A stretch of DNA of 64,000 nt, from positions 94,808-158,807 of the forward strand of contig CAVZHE010000001.1 of NCBI GenBank assembly GCA_963774985.1, given 5' to 3'. Origin of the DNA: an uncultured Alphaproteobacteria bacterium (GTDB taxonomy: Bacteria > Pseudomonadota > Alphaproteobacteria > Sphingomonadales > Sphingomonadaceae). The notes below the pieces were generated by a model that was not told where the DNA came from, did not search any database, and saw only the letters and a program-made list of their open reading frames with translations. The position numbers and the translations under genes were made by a program. Below are positions 55,534 to 64,000 of the stretch, in pieces (the first letter of the stretch is position 1; each line of letters starts with the position of its first letter).

Positions 55534-57321
55534 TTAACTCTCCACCGTACTCGTCCGCAGCTTCGGCTTGTGTTCCAGCGCCGCGCCTTGCTGGATCGCC
55601 AGCCGGAATTCGTCGCGCTTTTCGTGGATCGAGGCGATCACCGGGCCCATCGGCACGCCGATATCGACCAGCGCCGCTTCGGACAATTGCAGCGAGCTTT
55701 CCAGCGTTTCGGGCACCGCAGTGCTCGCCCCGCTGCGGTACAGTTCCGCAGCGTGGAAGCTGTCACGCGCGCGGGCGATGATCGGCAGGTCGGGATGGGC
55801 GGCGCGCAGCTTGCGCACCATCCGCTGGGCCAGAATGTGCTCGTCCATCGTCAGCACCACGGCGGGAGCGCGGTCGAGCCCGAGCTTGTCCAGCGCATCC
55901 TCGCGCAGGGCATTGCCGAACACCGCGTAATAGCCATCGCGCCGCGCCTGCTCGATCAGATCGGGGTCGGAATCGATGGCGACATAGGGCTGGTTGTGCC
56001 GCTTCATCATCTGCGCCACCAGCCGCCCGACGCGGCCCAGCCCGACGATCACGACGCGGGGCACATCGGCATCACCGCCATCTTCCTCCAACGCCGGAGC
56101 CGGTTCGACCTGCCGCGCCACCCGCTTGCCCAGCATGGCCAGCAAGGGCGTGACGGTGAGGCCGATGGCGGTGACGATCTGCCAGAACTGCGCGGTTTCG
56201 GGCGCGATCAGCAGCGCGGTGGTGGCCACGGTCATCACGATCAGCGTGGTTTCGGACGGGCTGGCCATCAGGATGCCGGTCTCGACCGCCGTGGCCCGCC
56301 GCGCGCCCATCAGCCGCAGCAGCACGCCGGTGACCACCGCTTTCAAGCTCAGCACGCCGACCACCGCCAACGCGATCATGCCGAAGTTGTCCCACACCAC
56401 CGCCAGGTCGATCCCCATGCCCACTGTGATGAGGAACACGCCCAGCGCCAGCCCCTTGAACGGCTCCATGATGCCTTCGACTTCGGTATGGTATTCGGTC
56501 TCGGCGATCAGCAGCCCGGCGATCAGCGCGCCGACGATGGGCGAGAGACCGACCAGCGCGGTGGCCAGGCTCGCGCCGATCACCACCAGCAGCGTGGCGG
56601 CAAGGAACAGCTCCGGGCTCTTGGTGCGGGCCGCCTGCGCGAACAGGTAGGGCAGCAGGAAGCGCCCCGCCACCATCAGCACCAGGACCACCAGCCCGCC
56701 CTGCCACAGCGTCGTCAGCAGGCCGTCCCAGCCCTCGGCACTGGCATTGGGAGCCAGCGCACCGAACAGGAAGATGATCGGTACGATCATGATATCCTCG
56801 AACAGCAGCATGGACAGCGCCGCGCGACCCACCGGGGTGTTGGTGCCCGAAATCGGCAGCACCAGCGCGGTTGAGGAGAAGGCGAGCGCCAGCCCCAGCG
56901 CCAAAGCGCCGGTCCAGTACTGGCCCGACAGCGCGAACACGCTGGCCAGCAGCGAGCCGATGACGATCAGTTCGAGCGCTCCCAGCCCGAACACCAGCTT
57001 GCGCATCTGCCACAGCCGGTTGAAGCTCAGTTCCAGCCCGATCGAGAACAGCAGCAGGGTGATGCCGAATTCGGCAAACGGGGTGAGCTGCTCCGGATCG
57101 GTGATGGTGACGTGGCGCAGCCAATCGTATTCCCCCACCATCCGCCCCAGCCCAAACGGGCCGACCAGCAGGCCGACGAGGATGAAGCCGATGATCGGCG
57201 TGACCCGGAAGCGGGCGAACAGCGGGATGACGATTCCTGCGGCGCCAAGGATCACCAGCGCATCGCTCATCCAGGGGGAGATTTCGGCGTGGTGCATGGC
57301 CGGGACTATGACAGAGGCCAC
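55534..57321 (-). CDS. Glutathione-regulated K+-efflux-type monovalent cation:proton antiporter (CPA2, KefB/KefC-like) with TrkA-N domain
   Basis: 12-13 TM N-terminal antiporter domain; C-terminal Rossmann VVIVGLGRVGRLVAQ. Confidence 0.8.
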   Translation of the reverse strand: MASVIVPAMHHAEISPWMSDALVILGAAGIVIPLFARFRVTPIIGFILVGLLVGPFGLGRMVGEYDWLRHVTITDPEQLTPFAEFGITLLLFSIGLELSFNRLWQMRKLVFGLGALELIVIGSLLASVFALSGQYWTGALALGLALAFSSTALVLPISGTNTPVGRAALSMLLFEDIMIVPIIFLFGALAPNASAEGWDGLLTTLWQGGLVVLVLMVAGRFLLPYLFAQAARTKSPELFLAATLLVVIGASLATALVGLSPIVGALIAGLLIAETEYHTEVEGIMEPFKGLALGVFLITVGMGIDLAVVWDNFGMIALAVVGVLSLKAVVTGVLLRLMGARRATAVETGILMASPSETTLIVMTVATTALLIAPETAQFWQIVTAIGLTVTPLLAMLGKRVARQVEPAPALEEDGGDADVPRVVIVGLGRVGRLVAQMMKRHNQPYVAIDSDPDLIEQARRDGYYAVFGNALREDALDKLGLDRAPAVVLTMDEHILAQRMVRKLRAAHPDLPIIARARDSFHAAELYRSGASTAVPETLESSLQLSEAALVDIGVPMGPVIASIHEKRDEFRLAIQQGAALEHKPKLRTSTVES

Positions 57322-57574
57322 GCGCTTGCTGCAACTGCGAAATGGCGGCGCGGCGCAGGGGAGGGGTAATTATGGAGCACTTGGAGCACTGTTCTGGGAG
57401 AGAAAAATCGGCCTCTGCGTGACACGGCAAAACCACGCAAAATCGCAAGGAAAGAGGGACGGTTCGCATCGGTAAAGCCAAGCACGCTGTTCGCTATGTA
57501 GGAAAGCCCTCCCACGATGCAGGCAATTATGGAGCACATGCCCCGCCACCCGTGACACGGCGCGCGCAATCGCT

Positions 57575-59052
57575 ATGCATGGGGCCATGCAAACCGCCAC
57601 GATCATCGCGCTCGCCCTCTATTTCGTCCTCATGCTCGCCATCGGTGTCTATGCCTGGAAGAAGACCAAGCAGGACAGCGAAGGCTACCTGCTCGGCGGG
57701 CGCGATCTTTCACCAGCGGTAGCGGCGCTGTCAGCGGGCGCATCGGACATGTCGGGCTGGCTGCTGCTCGGCCTGCCGGGCGCGCTCTACGCCACCGGGC
57801 TGGTCGAGGCGTGGATCGCGATTGGCCTGTTCATCGGCGCCTTGGTCAACTGGATCGTGGTCGCCCCCGGCTGCGCACGCAGACCGAGGAACTGGGCAAT
57901 GCGCTGACGATCCCGCAATTCCTCGCCAACCGCTTTCCGGACAAGGCGGTGGCGCTGCGGGTGGTCTCCGCCGTGGTGATCGTGGTGTTCTTCACCATCT
58001 ATTGCGCAGCGGGCATGGTGAGCGGCGGCAAGCTGTTCGAAAGCACTTTTGCCAGTGGCGAGATCATGGGCCTCAGCCCCTATATGGCGGGCATCTGGCT
58101 CACCGCGCTGGTGGTGCTGGCCTATACCGCGATTGGCGGTTTCCTTGCCGTCAGCCTGACCGATTTCGTGCAGGGCGTCATCATGGTGACCGCGCTGGTG
58201 CTGATGCCGCTGGTGGTGGTGCTGCAACTGGGCGGCGTGGGCGAAGTGGCGGGGACATTGCGCGAAATCGATCCGCAACTGCTCAGCCTGTTCGGCGGGG
58301 CGAGCGTGGCCGGGCTGGTCTCCGCGCTGGCCTGGGGGCTGGGCTATTTCGGCCAGCCGCACATCATCGTGCGCTTTATGGCGGTGCGCAGCGTCAGGGA
58401 CATGCCGACCGCGCGCAATATCTGCATGGCGTGGATGGGGGTGTCGCTGCTCGGTGCGCTGGCGGTGGGGCTGGCGGGCCGCGCCTGGGCGCTGCGGACG
58501 GGCACCCCGGTGGACGATCCCGAGACGATCTTCATCGTGCTCGCCAACACGCTGTTCCACCCCTTCATCACCGGCTTCCTGCTGGCGGCGCTGCTGGCGG
58601 CGGTGATGAGCACGATTTCCTCGCAATTGCTGGTGAGTTCCAGCTCACTGACCGAGGATTTCTACCGCCTGTTCCTGCGCAAGAGCGCCAGCGAGCGCGA
58701 GATGGTCAACGCGGGCCGCGTGTGCGTGGCGCTGGTCTCGCTCGCGTCCATCGTGATCGCCAGCGATCCCGAAAGCGGCGTGCTGGCGCTGGTGGCCAAC
58801 GCTTGGGCGGGCTTCGGCGCGGCCTTCGGCCCGCTGATCGTGCTGGCGCTTACATGGAAACGCATGACCGGCGCGGGCGCGGTGGCGGGGCTGGTTGTTG
58901 GCGCTGGCGTGGTGATGGGATGGATCGTGAGCGGCGCGGGCGAGGCGACCGGGGTTTACGAGATCATTCCGGGGTTTGTGGCAGCGTGGCTGGCGATCTG
59001 GGGGGTTAGTTTGGTGACTGGGCCGAACCCCACAACGTCACCTCGGACTTGA
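57575..59052 (+). CDS. putP: Sodium/proline symporter (SSS family); frame break near 57860
   Basis: GGRDLSPAVAALSAGASDMSGWLLLGLPGALY, ...GYFGQPHIIVRFMA SSS-family motifs. Confidence 0.85.
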
Positions 59053-59086
59053 TCTGGGGTCCAGCTTTCAATTGGGATCAGGGATT

Positions 59087-59600
59087 ATGGAGCAAGAATG
59101 GCTTGATCAATTGCGGCGACGCTTGATTGGTAAAACTTGCTTGGTCCGGCGTCAGGTAGCTGACTGGGTCTTCGAATTGGAAGGCGGAGGTACAATTCGG
59201 GTGCCGGTCCCTTGGCGATTGGTCGCTAATTGATCGAATTGCTTTTGCGGATGAAGACGATGGGCAGAAATTTGGACGGACCGCGCCAGTCGACGGTGTA
59301 TTCGAATCAAATCGTATCCTCGAAACCAAGGCAATCGTAGAAGTCTTGATTGCATCAGATACAGCCGATCTGACACTGCACTATGAAGGTGGCATTCGCC
59401 TCGACATTTTCAGCAATTCGTCGGGATATGAAGGGTGGGAAATAACCGTCCCTATCAATCAGGGTGGGATGCATGTGATTGCAATGGGTGCCGATGGGGT
59501 GGGATTTGTGAGGAAAGGTGGCTGTTCTCGACAGATAGCCGCAATCCTACACTCGGCCCAATCTGCAAAGTTGGTGTTGGACCCGCCTGGCTTGGCTTGT
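59087..59600 (+). CDS. Hypothetical protein in a low-GC (about 52%) segment; one frame break
   Basis: Protein-like ORFs in two frames (MEQEWLDQLRRRLIGKT... / ...DGVFESNRILETKAIVEVLIASDTADLTLHYEGGIRLDIFSNSSGYEGWEI); no assignable domain. Confidence 0.3.
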
Positions 59601-59617
59601 GAGGAGCCGCAGACGAC

Positions 59618-59725
59618 CCCATTCCCCCCTCCCCTTCAGGGGAGGGGCCGGGGGTGGGGTCGTGCCCCAAGCATTGCGCCAGTTGGACAGACCCCACCCC
59701 AACCCCTCCCCTAAAGGGGAGGGGC
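59618..59725. repeat. GC-rich palindromic element (family B) downstream of icd
   Basis: CCCCTCCCCTTCAGGGGAGGGGCCGGGGGTGGGG ... CCCCACCCCAACCCCTCCCCTAAAGGGGAGGGG. Confidence 0.6.
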
Positions 59726-59734
59726 TTAGAGAGA

Positions 59735-60966
59735 CTAAGCCAGCCCCTGCGCCTTCATCTCCACTTCCAGCCCCTCGACAATCGCCTCGAAGAACTTCTC
59801 CGTCGTCATCCACGGCTGTTCGGGGCCGATCAGCAGCGCGAGATCCTTGGTCATCTTGCCCTGTTCGACGCAACTGATGCACACCCGTTCCAGCGTTTCG
59901 GCAAAGGCCACCACGTCGGGCGTGTTGTCGAACCGGCCGCGATACATCAGGCCGCGCGTCCAGGCGAAGATGCTGGCGATCGGGTTGGTCGAAGTCGCCT
60001 TGCCCTGCTGGTGCTGGCGATAGTGGCGGGTGACGGTGCCGTGCGCGGCTTCGGCTTCCACCGTCTTGCCGTCGGGGCTCATCAGCACAGAGGTCATCAG
60101 GCCGAGCGAGCCGAAGCCCTGCGCCACCACGTCTGATTGCACGTCGCCATCGTAGTTCTTGCAGGCCCAGACGAACTTGCCGCTCCACTTGAGCGCGGCG
60201 GCGACCATGTCGTCGATCAGGCGGTGTTCGTAGATGATCTTGGCTTCGGCGAACTTCTCCTTGAAGCCTTCGGTGTCGAACACTTCCTGGAACAGGTCCT
60301 TGAAGCGCCCGTCATAGGCCTTGAGGATGGTGTTCTTGGTGGAAAGGTACACCGGCCAGCCGCGATCCAGCCCGTAATTCAGGCTGGCGCGGGCGAAATC
60401 GCGGATCGAATTCGTCGTGGTTGTACATCGCCATCGCCACGCCGGGCTGGTCGAAGGTGTGGACATCGCAGATCGATCACTTTGCCGTCGTCGCCCTCGA
60501 ACACCAGCCGCAGCTTGCCCGCGCCGGGGATCAGCGTATCGGTGGCGCGATACTGATCGCCGAAAGCATGGCGGCCGACGACGATCGGATCGGTCCAGCC
60601 GGGGACCAGCCGGGGGACGTTGTCGATCACGATCGGTTCGCGGAAAATGGTGCCGCCAAGGATGTTGCGGATCGTGCCGTTGGGCGAACGCCACATCTTC
60701 TTGAGGCCGAATTCCTCCACCCGCGCTTCGTCCGGGGTGATGGTGGCGCACTTCACGCCGACGCCGTACTTCTGGATGGCGTGGGCGGAATCGATGGTGA
60801 TCTGGTCTTCGGTCTCGTCGCGCTTTTCGACGGAGAGATCGTAATATTTCAGGTCCACATCGAGATAGGGCAGGATCAGCCGTTCGCGAATCCACTCCCA
60901 GATGATCCGCGTCATCTCGTCGCCGTCGATTTCCACGATGGGGTTCTTGACCTGAATTTTCGCCAT
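59735..60966 (-). CDS. icd: NADP-dependent isocitrate dehydrogenase (eukaryote-type homodimeric); frame break near 60420-60470
   Basis: [23 protein letters not shown]..., [18 protein letters not shown]..., C-terminus ...[19 protein letters not shown]. Confidence 0.9.
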
Positions 60967-61027
60967 GGGGCTTCCCTGTCTTTCGTCTTGCGCAATGCGG
61001 TGAATCTGGCCGCGTCCTAGCAGAGCC

Positions 61028-62139
61028 TTATCGCGGCGCAAGGGAGGGGAAAGACGGAATTCGCGCCATATCGGCGAATTGGGCGACGATTCCGGGCGCG
61101 ATCCGGGCGAAGCGCCATCTGCGGCGCGCGCGCCGAGGCGGGTTTCGGCCAGGTGCCAGGCCAGCGGAGGCGAGACGGACGGGTTTGCGCGCCTTGGTGG
61201 CGAAAGCGCGCTGGTAGGCAGGGGCGGAGGGTGCGCCACCCTCCAGCCAGTAGCGCGCGGCCATGCTGCCGCTGGCCAGCGCGATGGAAATGCCTTCGCC
61301 CGCCAGCGAGGGGATCACGGCCGCCTGATCGCCGAGGCGGAACAGGCCTGGCGAAGTTTCGCCGCCGATCCAGCCATAGGGCACCGCGCCGATGGTATCG
61401 ACTGCGCTATAGTGCGCCAATCGTCCCCCAGCCGCGCGGCGAGCGCGGGGCTTTGCGCGGCGAGCCAGCCGAATAGCGCTTCGGGCGGAACTGCCGGCGC
61501 GGGCGAGGGCGGACTTGCGCAGTGCGAGGCAGACATTGGCGCTGCCGCCTTCCTGCAGGACGATCCCCGCATAGCCGCCCTTGAACAGGTGCAGTTCGAT
61601 GGCACCGCCCAGCAGGGCTGTGCGCGCGGGGGAGGCGGGCAGGCGCAGGCGCAGGCCGAGCGTGGTGTCCTTGGCGTAACGCGGGCGCGAATGGCCGCGC
61701 AGGTCGTGCTTGCCGGTGGCGAGGAAGATGCTGTCGGAACGCCATTCCTGTGACTGGCCCTGCGCCACGCCGTCCGCCAGCCCGCCAATCCGGTCGAAGG
61801 CGATCCGCGCGCCATGTGCCAGCGCCACTTCGCGCAGGGCGGTGTCGAGAGCATGGCGCGAGAGGCCGACTGCGGCGTGGGGCAGGGGCAGCGCCGCCTC
61901 GCGCTCGCCATCGAACAGGCGCAGTTGCGTGCACCCGATGCGCACCCAGGGCGTCGGCGATCGATCCCCAGCGCCTGCAATTGCTCGAGCGTACGCCAGC
62001 TCAGGAATCCGCCGCACAGCGGATCGCCCACGGCCTCGTCGCGGTCGAGCAGCAGCGGTGTTGCGCCGTTGCCCGCAAGCACGATGGCCGCTGCACATCC
62101 AGCCGGGCCTGCGCCGAGGATCAGCGGGGCGTCCATCAT
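61028..62139 (-). CDS. FAD-dependent oxidoreductase/monooxygenase (SrsC-like); frame-broken; start overlaps upstream stop (ATGA)
   Basis: [22 protein letters not shown] GxGxxG FAD-binding N-terminus; geranylgeranyl-reductase/flavin monooxygenase-like. Confidence 0.6.
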
Positions 62140-62750
62140 TGCACCCGCGACACGCAGAGGCGGAATGGGAAATACCGCTCCACCCGCGCCTGAGTGATCC
62201 CCGCTTCGGCCAATATCGGTGCCCATTCCTCAGGGCGATAGGCGCGCGCAATCGAAGTACGCCCGTCCAGCCGCACGATCTTGTGCCAGCCCATCAGGAA
62301 GGCCAGCACCGGGTATCCGGCATGACTGAAATCGTGGCGGTGCAGATCGTTGATGAACCAGCCGATCCGCGCCTCGCTCTCCATGAAACGCAGGAACAGG
62401 AGCAATTCCTCGTGCGACATATGATGCGCGACAAGGCTGGAGACGACGAAATCCCAATCGCCGCCGATGTGATCGGCATAGTCCCCGGTGCGGAATGTGA
62501 TCGGCAGCTCCGCAGGCGTTGCCTCGCGTGCCACCCGTTCGCTGCGGGGGTTGAGGTCCACGCCAACCAGTTCAGCCTTGATCCCGCGCCGCCCCGCCCA
62601 GTGCGCGATCTCGCGCAACATGTCCCCCTGGCCATAGCCGACATCGAGCAGCCGGAAGCTCTTGCGGCCCGCCAGCGCGCGTTCGAGGAATTGCAGCGTC
62701 GGCCTATAGGCCATCGTCATCCGATTGACTTGGGCTAGGTCCGCCAGCAC
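62136..62750 (-). CDS. SAM-dependent methyltransferase (SrsB-like)
   Basis: LLDVGYGQGDMLREIA (motif I), ELVGVDLNPRS, Methyltransf_11/12-like. Confidence 0.65.
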   Translation of the reverse strand: MLADLAQVNRMTMAYRPTLQFLERALAGRKSFRLLDVGYGQGDMLREIAHWAGRRGIKAELVGVDLNPRSERVAREATPAELPITFRTGDYADHIGGDWDFVVSSLVAHHMSHEELLLFLRFMESEARIGWFINDLHRHDFSHAGYPVLAFLMGWHKIVRLDGRTSIARAYRPEEWAPILAEAGITQARVERYFPFRLCVSRVQ

Positions 62751-62812
62751 CGCGCGATAGGTCGATTCGGGCAGGGCCGCGATCGTCCATCATTTCGCTG
62801 GCCTGGAGGCGT

Positions 62813-63910
62813 TCAGACGGCATCGGTGCCACCTGTCCAGCCGAACCGCAGGCCTTCCATCGCCAGACCGGGGCCGAAGGCGAGCGCCACGCCGCTTTCC
62901 GGCCTTTCCTGCATCAGCCGCTCGAGCACGAACAGTACCGTGGCGGAGGACATATTGCCGAAATCGTTGAGCACCGCGCGTGAAGTCGCCAGCGCTTCGG
63001 CTGGCAGGCTCAACCCGCGCTCCACCGCATCGAGCACCGAACGCCCGCCGGGATGCACGGCCCACGCCGCCGGTGGTGCATCGCCGATGATCCTGGCTTG
63101 CAAATGCGGATCGTCCAGCGCCTCCGCCAGCCTCCCCGGCACCGCGCCCGATAGCTGCATTTCAAACCCGGTATCGCCGACCGTCCAGGTGATGAGGTGA
63201 TCGCTTTCCTCCAGCGCGGCGGAAATGCCTTGGCCCAGCGCCAGCCCTTCGCCCTCGGCACTCACCAGCGCCGCCGCGGCACCATCGGCGAACTGGCCCA
63301 TCGCCAGCAGGCTTTCGATATCGCCGCTTTCCTGCAAGTGCAGCGAGCACAGCTCGACCGATACCGCCAGCACCCGCGCCTGCGGCTGCGAGCGGACGAT
63401 GTGCGCGGCGGTGCGCAGAAGGGTGACTCCGGCATAGCAACCCATGAAGCCGATGCTCACCCGTTCGACATCGGCGGCCAGACCAAGGCGGCGGGCGATA
63501 ATCTGGTCGAGACCGGGGGCCATGAAGCCGGTGCAACTGGCGATAACGAGGTGGGTTACGCCTTCGACTGAGGGCAGGGCGGCGATTGCCTGCATTGCCA
63601 GATCGGGCGCGGCCTGAGCATAGCGGCGCATCCGTTCCGCCGTTCCCGGCGGCGTGTCACCCATATAGAAACTGCCGAAATCCATCGCCGCATCGCTGCC
63701 AGACAGCACCGAGTAGCGATGGGCAATGCCGCCGCGCGCTTCCATTCGCCGGAACACGGCCGCCTCGCGCTCGCCCAATTGTCGCGCTGCCCAGCCGGTA
63801 TAGACGGAATGTGCGTCGCAGAGGGGCACAGCAGTGGCAATCGCATTGACGCGAGGAATTACCGGTGGCGGATTGCTACTCATTACTGCTGCAACGGGTG
63901 CGCCGCACAA
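62813..63910 (-). CDS. Type III polyketide synthase (chalcone synthase-like; SrsA/ArsB-like)
   Basis: Active-site Cys in GFMGCYAGVTLLR, His in WAVHPGGRSVLD, Asn in NDFGNMSSATVLFVLE. Confidence 0.85.
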   Translation of the reverse strand: MCGAPVAAVMSSNPPPVIPRVNAIATAVPLCDAHSVYTGWAARQLGEREAAVFRRMEARGGIAHRYSVLSGSDAAMDFGSFYMGDTPPGTAERMRRYAQAAPDLAMQAIAALPSVEGVTHLVIASCTGFMAPGLDQIIARRLGLAADVERVSIGFMGCYAGVTLLRTAAHIVRSQPQARVLAVSVELCSLHLQESGDIESLLAMGQFADGAAAALVSAEGEGLALGQGISAALEESDHLITWTVGDTGFEMQLSGAVPGRLAEALDDPHLQARIIGDAPPAAWAVHPGGRSVLDAVERGLSLPAEALATSRAVLNDFGNMSSATVLFVLERLMQERPESGVALAFGPGLAMEGLRFGWTGGTDAV

Positions 63911-64000
63911 TCGTGCCGGTCAACCGCAGATTTTCGCCTTTGCTTGCCGGTATTCGGCGATAATCTGTTCGCATATCGCGCGGGCTGGGCGCACTTCGCG

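Noticed and set aside
59346-59714. ORF reading through the 59618-59725 palindromic repeat ([12 protein letters not shown]...)
   Set aside because: Its C-terminal portion is simply the translated repeat element. Only the upstream low-GC part was kept as a hypothetical CDS.

Overview
This window looks like a 64 kb chromosomal segment from a high-GC (about 65%) alphaproteobacterium. The evidence is a cckA-type cell-cycle hybrid histidine kinase, GTTC-N7-GTTC LexA boxes upstream of recA and uvrA, codon bias, and sphingomonad-like GC-rich palindromic repeats.

Gene content is mainly housekeeping:
- The 3' end of a TonB-dependent receptor followed by a BtuFCD-like ABC importer.
- An M3 dipeptidyl carboxypeptidase, thpR, uvrA, rlpA, argG, an OmpA-family protein and cfa.
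- An MsrP/MsrQ-like pair, a short-chain dehydrogenase (SDR), a PQQ-dependent sugar dehydrogenase, nadE, rlmN, an outer-membrane beta-barrel protein and an IalB-like protein.
- A YqiJ/flotillin pair, greB-like, slt, dapA, smpB, cckA, recA, alaS, a KefB-like antiporter, putP and icd.

Accessory and unusual content:
- A roughly 2.2 kb low-GC (about 47%) island carrying a PD-(D/E)xK restriction-enzyme-like gene and a C5-cytosine methyltransferase.
- A nucleotidyltransferase-fold ORF that overlaps the uvrA stop codon.
- An orphan contractile-tail tube-like protein beside a CHRD-domain protein, and a gpV-like OB-fold mini-ORF overlapping the cfa stop.
- Three tandem phage tail-collar (Mdp-like) paralogs followed by two DUF4139 (MuiA-like) paralogs.
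- A type III PKS / methyltransferase / FAD-oxidoreductase (srsABC-like) operon at the window end.
- Several copies of two related GC-rich palindromic repeat families, two of them inside ORFs (the uvrA interior and the 3' end of the binding-protein gene).

Many conserved genes (uvrA, recA, alaS, argG, nadE, slt and others) are split across reading frames. This is most simply explained by indel sequencing errors, so gene boundaries are approximate. No rRNA, tRNA or CRISPR array was recognised.
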